From: Eledone cirrhosa
Taxonomy: Eukaryota
DNA: 64,000 bases
Reading direction: 5' to 3'
Assembly: GCA_964016885.1 (NCBI GenBank)
Contig: OZ024743.1
Coordinates: 93,496,001 to 93,560,000 of the forward strand
In this document: in pieces, positions 11,517-24,742 of the stretch
Layout of the letters: every line of letters starts with the position of its first letter
Position numbering within the stretch: the stretch's first letter is position 1
Notes under the pieces: generated by a model
Told to the model about the DNA's origin: nothing
What the model saw: only the letters and a program-made list of their open reading frames with translations
Database searches by the model: none
Position numbers and translations under genes: made by a program

Positions 11517-12782
11517 GGGGGGGTGGCTGCATGATGATTGACCGCCGTGCCCTCGGAGTAGAGCGGGTGGGGGTCGAGGCGAGGAAGCGGGATTTTCGAG
11601 TTTCGAAAGAAGGAAGAAGGGATTTTGTTTTTTGTTTTGAAAATACGCTAGAATTAGGAATTGATGTATGAAAATACGCTAGGAATTGAGGTTTGAAAAT
11701 ACGCTAGATTAAGAATTAAGGAATTTATAAGGAGAAGAGATAGAAGGTAATGATATATATATATTCGTGTACAGATATTTTTGCATACACATATAAACAA
11801 AAGTATTTATTTTGCGATAAAGTATTGATTTTCTTCGAACGGAAAAAACCCTGGTAATGTACGATAAACTTTTTTTATAAGCACAAAATGTAGACACCAA
11901 CCCAAGGCCGAAGTATTCCGTTCTTCTCTGTACTGTTATTTATATATTTGTGTACAGATATTTTTGTATACACAATAACAAAATATAAACAAATGTATTT
12001 ACTTCATGGGGCTCGAGAAGGATAAATATATAAGAACCCTAGAGCAAATCCCGAGCAACGCCGGGCCATTCTGCTAGTATATACTAAATAAGCTCTCTTG
12101 CAATAGATTGAACATTGTTTTCCTTGATCTTTATCTATGGATAACCTACATACATATATATGTGTAGGTTATATTTTTTATAGTTCTGTGACAAATGCTG
12201 AGTGATTGAGAGTATAGGAGAGAGTGTTTGGTGTTGGAGGGGAAAGTGGAAAAGAATGTGCTGGCGGGGGAGGGGAAGCATTGGAAAAAATATGACAGTA
12301 CATGTTAGCTGGAGAGAGAGAGGATCAAGGGATGAATAGTAACAGATAGACAATAGTAAGAGTGTTGTCAATAATGAGTGATAGTAGGAAATGCTGAAGA
12401 TAGAAAAAATGTGGACAGATCCATACTTTCTTTTCATGCCACATCATGTTTGATGGCCGACAAGTATGTAATGAAGTTGACATGTTTGTGTAGGTATGTA
12501 TATATTGTAGGTATGCATGTATATCATTGTTCATCAGCTTATTTTTTCATACACAGAACCTCATTAGCAAAGCCTTATAACAAATGCTTTCTTAGTGACC
12601 ACTGCATGGAGGTAAGATTGGCTCAGTCCCTCAGATCTGCACAACCCTTCAGAATTGGGTGTCTTGATGGGAAAGAAAAGTAGAGGGATAGTAGTAGATA
12701 GAATAATACAATGAATGGTAGAAGTGAGATATTATCAAAGAGATGGTGATGATGGGGAGAGCAGATAGAAATTTACCTAGGA

Positions 12783-13098
12783 CGAGTTGAGAAAGAAACT
12801 GGGTATAAGAGGGATAAGTTGTGGTGTGCAGGAGAGAAGGCTGAGATGGTATGGACATGTGATGCGGATGGAGGATGACCGCTGGGTGAAGAAGTGCCAG
12901 GAAGTCCCAGTGGAGGGAAGACGCAGTAGAGGTAGACCACGAAAAACATGGGCTGAGGTGGTGAGAGCAGACCTCAGATCGCTGAAACTCACCGAGGAGA
13001 TGATGAAGGACTGTTACAAGTTGAGAGATGCTGTGCTGAATAGGCCCCGTCCAACCCTTGCAAGCAGGGAAAAGCAGACGTAAAATGATGATGATGAT
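12783..13098 (+). mobile_element. RTE LINE 3' fragment (different subfamily)
   Basis: RRLRWYGHVMRM...RGRPRKTW followed by a GAT tail. Confidence 0.85.
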
Positions 13099-13471
13099 AC
13101 CTTCCAACCTCCATCACTAAAACCATTTTAACCATATTTGCATATGAGGACAGGTCTTCAATTTCATGACTAACAAACTATATATTTAGGCCAGTGGTAA
13201 AAGTGAGATCTACCTTAATGATTATTAGCCATGTTGTTTATTGCCTACCATGGCACCACAGTTAATCTAAATGTAGGTAGGTTGAATGTAAAATGGTATT
13301 GGATTATTACCAGATATGTTTTGAGTTTTCTGTCTATAACCACTGCAGTTATCTTGTTGTTTTGAGGCTGTATGTTTGAAATCTACATGTCTTTTAATCT
13401 ATATAGTTGTCAGTGATGGGTATCAGAATTATCTTAGATCTACCCTAGATAATCATTCTATTTCTTCTTAA

Positions 13472-13671
13472 CCCTTTAATGTTTAAACCGGCCAGCATTC
13501 TCTACCTTTTTCTGTTGAAACTGGCTGTAACTGGTCACTCAAAAAACTGATGTTAAGGTATTGTTCTCAAAATAAATACTTTCAAAATCTCATAGATTCG
13601 ATATTATGTGAGATAAAGCATTTACCATGAAAATATAATAGTATATATAGAGTAATGTGAATGCTAAAGGG
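13472..13671. mobile_element. piggyBac-type MITE
   Basis: TTAA|CCCTTTAATGTTTAAACCGGCC ... ATGCTAAAGGG|TTAA. The left end resembles the 36533 element. Confidence 0.75.
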
Positions 13672-14581
13672 TTAAAACCTCTTAATTTCAGGGCAGGTCT
13701 TCAGCTCCTCATGTCACGAGTCATCGTAATCCTTTGCCATCCATCTCCTTTGGGATTCAGTCAAATAACTCTACCCATATTTTAATAAGGACATTTTAAA
13801 AAAATCTGATTCATGTCAATTAAAAAAGAAAATTATGTATGCAACAAATTAATGAATATTTAGAAGTGTACCTATGCAGTTGGGTTAAAATTTCATTGAA
13901 TAATGTGGTAGTAGCAGGTCAATATTTACATATTGATTGTGCTATATTCGATTATTTTTCTCTATTCAGCTTTTGATCTACAATTTTTTTCATTTTTATA
14001 GTGCGGTTAAACGTAGAGGACATTTGTATTTTAATATTTTCAAGTGGTTCATGTATAAACCTGTTGCCAAATGTTCTAAATCTACTGTGAAAATACAAAA
14101 TAGAATAAATTACTCACACATTAAATGTGTCAATTAGAAATAGGCATCTAACATTGTGTTATTTAGAAATAAGTATCAAGGATGGAAAAGTCAATATTAG
14201 TATATTAAAAAGTATAGACTTCACCATACTTATTAAAGTAGTGAAAAGAGAATCACAATACACTAGTTTACATTTAAAAATTGGCATATTTTGGAGGATA
14301 AATTATTCTCACAATGTATTATATCAGTTTTTTAATGCTTGCTGTATCAAATATGTTAAGATGAAGTCCATTTTTCCACATACTACTAGACTTTGGAACC
14401 CTCTTTCATCTCATTGTTTTCCTCCATATGACCTGAACTCTTTCAGGTCTAAAGTAAATTAATTCCTTTCATCTTAATTTCTCCTTCTTCATACTCTCTT
14501 ACACTAAGCGGCTTCACACCTTGTTTGGGGCTTTCAAAACAAAAAACTTGTTTGTTTTTCACATTGATGGTGTCTGTAAAT

Positions 14582-14908
14582 GAAGGTGCATGGCTTTTTG
14601 GTTAGGGTATTCAGCTCACAATCATAAGGTCGTGAGTTCAATTCCCGGTGAAGCGTTCTCCTTGAGCAAGACACTTTATTTCACGTTGCTCCAGTCCACT
14701 CAGCTGGCAAAGATGTGTTGTAACTGTAGTACAAAGGACCAGCCTTGTCACACACATACACACACTGTCACACTGAATCTTCCTGAGAACTACATAAAGG
14801 GCATGCATGTCTGGAATGCTCAGCCACTTGCACGTTAATTTCATGAGCAGGCCGTTCTATGGATTGAATTAACTGGAACACTTGTCATTGTAACCAACGG
14901 AGTGCCTT
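14582..14908 (+). mobile_element. tRNA-derived SINE
   Basis: A-box-like TGGC...TGGTTAG, B-box GAGTTCAATTCCC, then the TTGAGCAAGACACTT...CTCAGCTG body shared with other copies. Confidence 0.7.
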
Positions 14909-15382
14909 CATAAGGTGTCCGAAAGTAATTTCTATAAAATATGCTAATGTTAACTAGTGTACAATATTGTACAGTTACGTTAACACTAACTGAACTATTG
15001 TGAACTTAGATTTGTTTCATAAATAATAGCACAGCTACACCAACAGAGTTTCTATTCATGAATTCATCAGCTAAGCTAAGTCTACAACTAATGGTGTGAA
15101 ATATAAGTAGTTCAACCTGTTGTCTGTCAGAAAACCTGAAGCAAACAAATGGTATTTTAATGCTAAAACTTAATGTAATGCCTTCAGTTTTGTACCCAAG
15201 TCATATCAAAAATGATTAATGGTGATTATATTACCCACCCCCCCCTCCGTATTGGTGAATTTTTCATTATTTTTTTTGTTACATCCTCTGTTTTTGTTTT
15301 TTACACGCAGAAATGCCCATTTGTACCGTCCTGTATTGTCCTTGTGGTTAATAAAGAAAGTATTATTATTATTATTGTAATT

Positions 15383-16008
15383 AAGGTGGTGGATTGGTGG
15401 TATCAGTAGCGGGTCGGACACCATGCTTTGCAACATACCTTTACGGTCTGAGTTCAAATCCCGCCACGGTTAACTTTGCCTTTTATCCTTACGGGGCCGA
15501 TAAAATAAAGTACCAGTTGCTGGCATTGTGCCAAAAGTAGAAACAATTATTATTATTATTGTAATTAATAAGGTGGTGGATTGGCAGTATTGGTAGAGTA
15601 TTGGACAACATGCTTTGTGGCAGAGTTACAGCTCCTTATGGTCTGAGTTTAAATCACACCAAGGTTAGCTTTGCCTTTCATCCTTACGGGGGTCAATAAA
15701 ATAAAGTACCAGTCACGCACTGGGGTTGATTTAAACGACTTCATCTCCCCAAAATTGTTGGCTTTGTGCCTAAAGTAGAAACAATTATTATTATTTATGG
15801 GCGATGGATTGGCAGTAACGGTAGAGGGTTGGACGCCATGCTTTGAGCATAAAGTTACGACCTTTTGTGGTCTGAGTTCAAATCCTGCTGAGGTTAACTG
15901 CCTTTTATATCCTTACAGGATCGACAAAATAAAGTACCAGTAATGCACTGAGATAATTACTGGCCTTGTGCCAAAAGTAGAAACAATTATTATTATTATT
16001 ATTATTAT
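15383..16008 (+). mobile_element. Three head-to-tail copies of a tRNA-derived SINE with a Meta-like central domain and (ATT)n tails
   Basis: Repeated GGATTGGCAGTATCGGTAG...GAGTTCAAATCCC...TTTGCCTTTCATCCTTACGGGGTCGATAAAATAAAGTACCAGT...CCAAAAGTAGAAACAATTATT. Confidence 0.75.
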
Positions 16009-17454
16009 AAGAGCAGGGATGGCAGAACTAGTTGAGCCTTATTTAGTTATGTGTTTTAACATTCTGTGTTAACATCTTGCAAGTGTCATATTTGCCTTTC
16101 ATCCTTCTAGTGTTGATAAAATAAGTAGAAGTAAAGTTCTGAATTCAATCTAGTTGACTGCCTTCCCCCAAAATCTGTGGTCTGATGTATATGTAAGTAA
16201 TCTTATTAATATAATATACTAACGATGATGATGAATACATAGTACTGGGCTTGATTCAATTGACTGTGCCTACTTCTAATATGTGTAACTTTGTTTCTAA
16301 GCTTGAAATCTTATATGTGAAGGAATTGATCGACAAGATCCGAGGCCTCATTCGCTTACCGAGTGGAGTAGAACCTGTCACATGTTTCCATTGGTCTTTC
16401 TATTGCTGATACTATCTATCTGTCGCAACTCCTGGCAGAAAGAGTAATGTGAAATAAAGTGTCTTGCTCATGGACAATGCATCACCCGGTCCGGGAATCA
16501 TACTCGCAACCTCATGATTGCAAATCCAATTCTCTAACCACTGAGTCACGAGCATTAGCTAGAAATGGAATATTTACATTCAGGGAGCCACCCCAGTTGC
16601 TCTTCTGCTGTTAGGAGTGTAAGGACTAGTTTGGGGTAGATTTTTATCCCCTCCTTGGTTGAGGTTAGCAGCCAATCCTTGCAGGTTATTACTATTCTGC
16701 ATTGTGCTCATTAACTGACCAAGAGCCATCAGTTTGCTGGATAAAGATGATATTAATAGCTCTTTTGAATCAAAACTAAACTCTTTCAGTTAAAAGAAAG
16801 CTATGCAGGAAGAATTCAATTTATTCTAAACTGAGCAGACATTGGACATCAAAATTGAGTGTTGTAATTGAAAAGCTCTTTTTATGAGTTTCAGGTTCCA
16901 GTGTTAATATTTTGTTTTTCTTTAGAAATGTTCTTTCATTAGAATATCTCTTACCACTTTCTGTTCAAACCAGCTGTGGCTGGCTGCTCATATTGATGTT
17001 AAGGTATTGTTCTCAAAATACATAATATCAAAATGTCATAGATTCGATATTATGTGAGGTAAAGCCTTTTAGTAGAGTATAGAGTAACGTGAATGCTAAA
17101 GGGTTAAGCACTATTCCCCTATGACTCTCCTAGGAATATGTGGACGAACAAGAAGAAATCTAAAAAACATAATATATACATCCAATCAATATACACACCT
17201 GGACATAAATATAAACATTCGTAGTCTTTCACTTGCATATGTACACTCTTCTCACTTGTATATGTGCACTTGTCTCTCACTTGCATATATTCGCCCATTG
17301 CACTCATACACGTGCCTATACAAATTCCTGTGTATTCACTTTTGTAGACACAAACACATATTGATAGTTATCTTAGTTTTCAGAAAGTCTAATCAGTATC
17401 CAATTTAATCTTTTTGCTAATCTTTACAAAACAGCTGTTTAACTCAACATTTAA

Positions 17455-17661
17455 CCCTTTAGCATTTCCATTATTCTATATATACTATTGTATTTTCGTG
17501 GTAGAGGCTTTATCTCACATAATTATCTTGGATAATATTGAATCTATGAGATTTTGATATTATTATAGAACAATACCTTAACATCAGTATGAGTGGCTAG
17601 TTACAGCTGGTTTGAACAAAAAGAATTCTGGCCAGAGACAGCTGGTGTAAATGCTAACGGC
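17455..17661. mobile_element. piggyBac-type MITE
   Basis: TTAA|CCCTTTAGCATT ... ATGCTAACGGC|TTAA. Internally similar to 168-388. Confidence 0.7.
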
Positions 17662-19489
17662 TTAATGTAAATTTATACTAAAAATATTATTAACTCTTCT
17701 CTTAAATTGTCAACAAGATCCCAGATTCCATTCGCTTACTGAGCCAGGGTAGAACACGTCAAATCGGACCAACGAAACGTTTCCATTGGTCTTTCCATTG
17801 CTGATACTATCGACCAGTTGCAACTCTGGCAGGAAAGAGCAATGTAGAATAAATTGTCTTACTCAAGGACATAATGGACTACCTGGTTTAGAAATTTAAT
17901 TCTCTAACCACAGCATCTTGTAATGATTTAGCAGCAAATATCCTCAAAATGTATTTGTTAATTGAAATGTTTATAGTGTCTTTACTGTTGGACATATCTT
18001 TATAAAAATTGCAATATTGGAATAAAGACTTTAATTTTTAATGTGATGCAGTTTCATGTGGTACAGGATGTTGGAAATTAATATATATATTGCCTTCATC
18101 AGTGCATGTGACTGTTGTACTCAAAAGGCAATCAAATCTTCAAATATCTGTTTATTGATACTTCAATACCTCTAGTTGAAACCTTGTCATAAATTGTTGC
18201 TCCCAGTTGTGATAAATTGATTTGTTATTGATTGGAAACCGGCCAGCATTTCATCATTGAAGACCTTAGGTCATTGATCAGTTTGAGATTTCTTCTGATG
18301 ATCTACAGCTATAACTTTATGAAGGAGCATGGCTCAAAGTTTAAAAAATTGATTTGCAATCTTGAGGTTGCGAGTTTGATTCCCGCTCTGGGCGATGTGT
18401 TATGTCCTTGAGCAAGACACTTTATTTCATGTTCCTTCTACTATTAGAAACATTGTTTCCTTGGTCCAATCTAACGAGTTCAGTAAGTGAATGAGGTCTG
18501 GGATCTTCATAACTTTAATTAGCTGCTCAAATATCTATTTTGTAGGTTAAAGCATACATCTAGTATGCACCACCTTCCCCTCCATCACCCCTTCCGTACA
18601 CCTCCCATGTAGCATTCCATCCACATCCTAACACCCCATCCACACCCCTAGATCTACCTCCCCAATCTACACACATCTCCTCCTAAACCCCCAGTCCACA
18701 CTGTAAAGTGGCAGTGCAGGTGTCATGACAAAAGGCACCCAACTGTAAGTCCACACTGTAAAAGTTGTTGGTGTTGAAACCAAGCCAAAATCAGTTCTTT
18801 ATGGGCAAGACATGGTCACTTGACTTGGCTTGTATCACAATTCATTTAACCCATGCTAGTATGGGAAATGCATGTTAAACAGTGATGATGATGTTGTGGA
18901 AATATACATTAAATACAATAAGTTGGGTAGGGCTTAGAATAATATTGAGCAAAGACGGTAGCAGACTGACATAATTTGTATTTAGCTGTTTCTCTTCATT
19001 GATTTCAAAGTTGTTAACCACATAGCTGAGTGTGGTTACACACTCATTCTGAGCTGTTGTTTTGCAATGTTAACCACATAGCTGAGTGTGGTTACACACT
19101 CATTCTGAGCTGTTGTTTTTCAAATTTTTTTCTCTTTTTTTAAATTTTTTTGACAATTGTATTTTTAAAAATTGATATTGTCATGAAGAAACATGTGGTT
19201 TGCCTTTCTGAAATATCACGTTGGGAGGGGTGGGTCAATTTTTTTTTTTTTAATTAACAAATTTTCTTTATTAAAAATATTGGATCCCAAACAAGGAGTC
19301 ATATGGTTCAAGGGAGAAGATAAGACAGAGAGGGAGAAGATAAGACAGAGAGAGGGGGAAGAGCATCTGTGACCAAAACAAAAGAAATAAATCGGTCAGC
19401 ATTCCCTCATAGTTTTATGAAGTAATAGTGTTCCTATCGTAACACCAATAAATACAGAGAAAAAAAAAAATGACTACAGCAACGACAGG

Positions 19490-19740
19490 TGGAGGTGTGG
19501 CCTAATGGTAACAGTGTTGGACTTATGATCATAATGTCGTGGGTTTGATTCCTGGACTGGGTTATGTGTTCTATCTTCAGCAAAACACTTCATTTACGTT
19601 GCTCCAGTATACTCAGCTGAAAATGTGTATCAGCAATAGCTGCGATGGACTGGCATCATGTCCAGTGGGGAGTCTTGTACTCTCAGTCGCTTCACGCCAC
19701 GAAACTGGGATAAGCATCAGCCTGACAAGCCTCCTGGCTT
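19490..19740 (+). mobile_element. tRNA-derived SINE; related copies at about 25060-25340, 33275-33490, 37785-38070 (-), 41790-42040 and 52280-52530
   Basis: tRNA-like head TGGCCTAATGGTAA...GGTTTGATTCCTGG. Body GCTCCAGTATACTCAGCTGAAAATG...GCGATGGACTGGC...GAAACTGGGATAAGC. Confidence 0.75.
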
Positions 19741-20778
19741 TAGCAGCTGCAACTATAATGATAATGAGTGATAAGTTGTTTTTTTTATCGATTTTGATAA
19801 AAAAAAATTTCCAGTTTTACCACTTGTGAACAACAAAAGTATGTTCAGTGACATCAATAATAACACCAGCATAAACAACAATAATAACAAAATTAGTGAC
19901 AACGCCACCGTTTTCAAGGCAACAGGTATCAATATTTCTACAATACCAACACAACACAGAGCAACATCAGTATAAATCTTCACACATAATTGAAATAGGT
20001 AGAGATATTCAGAAATGATAAAAATTTCGTTATACAATAAAGAATAAGTTTCTTATTGTTTGTATTAACAATGGTATTAGAAAATTTAAAAAAATGTACA
20101 ATCATTTGAAAAAGCCCATATGCAGAAATTATTGATGCACTCTCAAGCTGAAAAATTGCTGAGGAAGATATGGTGGAAAAAACTCTCTCTCCAGGCAGAC
20201 TATTTGGTACAATAATGGTAAGTTTTGCCTCTTACACCAAGGCTCGACATCTCTTTATCACTCTTCTAATGAGCAAAGAATTTGTCCTTATCCCTTCTTA
20301 CACTGGAAAGCATTTGATGAAGATGAGGGTGGTTATTATGTCATTGAAATTAGACATCTAGTGACTGTTAGCAGCCATGTTAGGTTGGGAAAGGGACAAA
20401 AGAAGCATCTTACCAATTAAAATGTCAGGAGAGCTGATCAAGGACTGGGGTGGAACTACTGAACTAAACAGAGTAGAAAAAGATACAGAAAATCCCCTAC
20501 CTGATGAAGCTGTAAAACAACACAGCTATGGACCAGTTAAACTGTTGGGCGTCTTCGTGTTCTGACCAAACCTTTAGGTGAGCAGGAACTTAGATGAGGT
20601 TATGGGTAGGGTGTCCAGTTTCACCTAAAAATGGTCAGAGAAAGCTATCCCTAGAGATAGTGAATACTTAAATTGCTTTCATTGTAATTTACCATATGAA
20701 TGTCATGTCTGGTCTCAGTTTTCATCTAACCAGATTATTATTAAAATTTCTACATTTTCTTTCATCTTTTTGTTTCAG

Positions 20779-20870
20779 AAATGATGTCAACTCAGATGAC
20801 AATATTTGGACCGGTCTATGTTGCATGGTCTTCATTTTTATCATCATCAGCGTTTTGGCATTCCCCAATG
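20779..20870 (+). CDS. PTDSS1: Phosphatidylserine synthase 1, internal coding exon (exon 2 equivalent)
   Basis: tttcag|A ... G|gtaag. Encodes NDVNSDDNIWTGLCCMVFIFIIISVLAFPN, matching the PSS1 motif IISVLAFPNG. Confidence 0.93.
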
Positions 20871-22617
20871 GTAAGTTTGTTTGCTTTTTTTTTTTGTTTT
20901 TGTTTTCTATTTACTCCAACATTTTCAAGATAGTGGCCTCTTTAATGAAGAAGAATGTTTACCATTGTCTGTATACAATGTGTGTACATATGTGAAGGCA
21001 CATAGCTTTGGGCTTGCAATTGTGAGGTCATGGGTTCAATTCTCGGACTACGTAATGCATTGTGCCCTTCTCTTGGACATCAGTGGCATGGAGAGAGGAG
21101 ACTGGTATGGACAACTGCTGGTCTTCCACAAACAACCTTGTCCGAACTTGTGCCTCGAGGTGGATCTTTCTAGGTGTAAATCTCAGTCATTTATCCTTTT
21201 TATGAATATATATTTTCATCCTGTTGCTCAATTATGGAGCTTCATAGCAATAGAGTACTTTTGATAGATTGCTGAAATTATATTCCCAGCATTCTTGCTC
21301 TGAAAGTGTAGCTGTTTAACCCAGGGCAGCCCTGGTTAAGCAGCTATGACCATCCTATCTTTTATTAAACACAGTCTCTTGGACTATATTATCAACCATG
21401 TACCTTCTGTTTTCAAGATGATAGGGTGTGATTTGAGATATATTTGGCTGCTACTTCTAGTTAGATGACAAAGAAACTGTCACATTTGTGAATGTAAGCT
21501 ATAAAAATAGAATCAATAAACAAATCTAGAATCTAAGTAACATATATCCATGTGTTTTTTATCATCATCATTTAACATTTGTTTTTTCTGCCAGCATGGG
21601 TTGGAGAGATTGTCATAAACAAATTTGGTACTTAATCAGTGCTACAAGCTCTGACTGGCCAGGGGCTTGTCTCATCTCACTTATATATATTCCTGTACAC
21701 TGCAGTGTGTATTTTTATTGATGTTTATTGAGCAATCCCAAAAGATATTATTTTCTTGATGTGTAGACAGCAATAAATAAAATCAATAAAATCAAATAGT
21801 TTCTTTCTGTAAAATTTTGCATACTTTAACTGTGCCGCTGATTGAATTTGAGGAATTCAGAGTTAGAATTTCTTTGAGAATCTCCAGTTTCTTAAGATTA
21901 GTATCATGAGCAGGGCATGTCCTATGAATGGGGGACAATATACAAACAAGAACTGCAATGTCATGGTTACCAGCTGGTGGGAAAAAACTAAAGTGCAGAT
22001 CTATGAAGACCAGGAGATCCACCCTAAAAGGTGACCTGCACAGGTCTGACACAAACTAGTTTCAAGCACCAACCCTTGCCAGTGAAAGATGGAAGAGCAT
22101 AGTGACACATTACCGTGAGGCTGGAGGAACCAGATGGCCTGTATAATCATCATTACATCTGTAAGATTTGGCTGCTATTTCTGGCATTTCACATTAGACA
22201 GTGTAAAACGAGGACTAATCTGTTTTGTTCTTTCAGTTGGTCTAATTTAATGTAATGTGTGTAAGTTGCCTGGAGGCAACGTATAATTACCATTAAAATC
22301 TTTTTTGAATTTGTTGCCTTGTATGTTTAGTAGTTGTGGAAAAATATATTGGAATATTATTATTATCAGTTAAAATGCAAAAATTAAAATTGTATATCCT
22401 ATCATATAAAGCAGGTATGAGCAACCTTTTTTGAATAGTGGGCCACTTAGGATATGAATCATCATAAAGCAGGCTGCACTACTAAAAAATTTAAGGCTAA
22501 TTTTGAAATTAGGTATGCAATTTGGAAAGCCAAATGGGCTGTATGTAGAGGTAGGCTGCAGTTTGCCCATGATTGATATAAAGAAAAATAATCTTTTTTT
22601 TTTTCGTCTTTATTCAG

Positions 22618-22662
22618 GTCCATTTACAAGACCTCACCCAGCAATATGGAGGATTGTATTTG
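22618..22662 (+). CDS. PTDSS1: PTDSS1 exon 3
   Basis: ttcag|GT ... G|gtaag. Encodes [15 protein letters not shown]. Confidence 0.95.
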
Positions 22663-22696
22663 GTAAGTCATTGTTATATTTGTCTTATATTATTAG

Positions 22697-22912
22697 AATT
22701 GGCAGTATCGGTAGAGGGTCGGACGCCATGCTTTGCAGCACAGTTACGTCCCTTTATGGACTGAGTTCAAATCCCACCGAGGTTAACTTTGCCTTTCATC
22801 CTTATGGGGATCGATAAAATAAAGTCCCAGTCGCGACGCACTGGGGTCGATTTAATTGACTTTCTCCTCCCCCAAAATTGCTGGCTTTGTGCCTATATAA
22901 GAAACCATTATT
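22697..22912 (+). mobile_element. tRNA-derived SINE (Meta-like domain)
   Basis: Same family as 15383-16008. Confidence 0.75.
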
Positions 22913-22935
22913 AGAACTAGCAGAAAACTGCCATC

Positions 22936-23528
22936 ATTTCTTAGCTCTTGATTAAACAATTAACCATATATAATGTATTGCTTATTCCAAGATTCACTTC
23001 AGTTAAAACTTTCAAATGTCAACTTCCGTTAGTATTCATATCATAATATTTTGTCATTATCGTCTTCTTTTAAATGTATCATGGATTGCTTTACTGTTTA
23101 CACAAGAAAGTGTAACACAGTCTTTGTTCAATTTATGCACATATTGTCAATTTACGTATCATATCTATATGACTATATATTTGCATATAATATCAATATG
23201 CACACTACATATGCTAGCAGAAAACTGCCATCCGAGCAGTTTTCTGCTAGCATATGTAGTGTGCATATTGATATTATATGCAAATATATAGTCATATAGA
23301 TATGATACGTAAATTGACAATATGTGCATAAATTGAACAAAGACTGTGTTACACTTTCTTGTGTAAACAGTAAAGCAATCCATGATACATTTAAAAGAAG
23401 ACGATAATGACAAAATATTATGATATGAATACTAACGGAAGTTGACATTTGAAAGTTTTAACTGAAGTGAATCTTGGAATAAGCAATACATTATATATGG
23501 TTAATTGTTTAATCAAGAGCTAAGAAAT
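22936..23528. repeat. Apparently perfect palindrome: 293-bp arms, 7-nt loop
   Basis: 22936-23228 is the reverse complement of 23236-23528. The mirrored ORFs 23016+/23448- share the same axis. Confidence 0.95.
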
Positions 23529-24623
23529 TTAGTAGATAAATTACATAATATTCATTCATGATATATTTAAAGTAATCCAACTTATTTTAATAACATCCTG
23601 TAAAATATTAAATTGGACACAGTCTCGCAGTTCTCCATAACTGGGTAATTGCTGGCCTTGTGCCAAAAGTAGAAACAATTATATATAACATTGTTGAAGC
23701 ATTGAACAAAATGTCTTGTGGTATTTGCTGCGGCCTTTATGGTCTGAATTTAAATCTTGCTATAGTCAACTTTGCTTTTTGTCCTCCTATAATCAATAAC
23801 GTAATGTATCACTTAAGTACTGGAGTTTGTCATCAACCTTTCCCTCCTACTCCAAATTCCTGGCTTTTTGTTTGAGATATGCATTAAAAGTTGTCCTTTT
23901 GTTGTACAAGAATTAAGTACATCTTGGAGAATGCATAGATATATTGAGTGATTACAACTATGTTTATGGCTAACAAAAATGTTCAAAGTCAGCAAGAATA
24001 CAGAATTATTAGAGCATTGGATAAAAATACCTTTTTGGTATTTAGTTATGGCTGTGTATATTTTGAGGTCAACTTTGTCTTTCATTCTGCTGAGGTTAAT
24101 AAAATAAAGTACCTGTCAGATGCTGGGGCCGATATAATTAACTGCTTATTGTTCTGTATCATATATACTAAGTGGTGAATTGACAGAGTTGTTAGAACAT
24201 TGGATAGAATGTTTTGCAGTATTTGTTTCGGCTCTCTGCTCTCTCAATTCAAATCCCACCAAGGTCAACTTTGCCCTTCATCCTTTTGAAGTCAATAAAA
24301 AAAAGTACCAGTCTAGTACTGGGATTGATTCTTCCTCTATATATCTCTTTCTCACCTCCTCTCTTTCACTTTCTATCCTTTTCTGGAAGAAATCTGCTAT
24401 GTTCACACCTGGAGAGGTATCAACTCTGCCAGGTTTTTAAAAAAATGCCCTAAAAACACTGTAAGCCACTACGGTGCCCGTACAACTCCTTCAGGAATTA
24501 TGGGACCATACCATACATCATATATACTATGACAGTTATTCTCTGCTATTAATTTTTCATGTATTCCTTGTCTCCTAATGCTCTTCCTTCTCACTGATTT
24601 AAATATTTTATTTCTAATTCTAG

Positions 24624-24742
24624 GACTCAGTGTCCTCTACTTCATGTTGTTGGTGTTCCTGTTGTTCCAGAACCCTCATGACGCACATGAAATTTTAGGC
24701 TGGCTTTACCATGATTTAAAAAACGGTACACCTGATGAAAAG
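24624..24742 (+). CDS. PTDSS1: PTDSS1 exon 4
   Basis: tctag|GA ... AAG|gtaag. Encodes GLSVLYFMLLVFLLFQNPHDAHEILGWLYHDLKNGTPDEK. Confidence 0.93.

Larger units (their letters stand above)
3488..12077 (+). mobile_element. Non-autonomous Helitron hosting nested Penelope and RTE insertions
   Basis: 5' end A|TCTATATTACTAAAA followed by GTCT microrepeats. 3' end has the GC hairpin CCCGAGCAACGCCGGG shortly before CTAG|T. Inserted between A and T with no TSD. Pairing the two ends into one element is inference. Confidence 0.6.

Noticed and set aside
14582-14660. tRNA gene
   Set aside because: A/B-box-like head of a SINE with no complete cloverleaf. The same applies to the other SINE heads.
23016-23448. 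Pair of identical-looking small ORFs on opposite strands
   Set aside because: By-product of the palindrome, with no coding signature.
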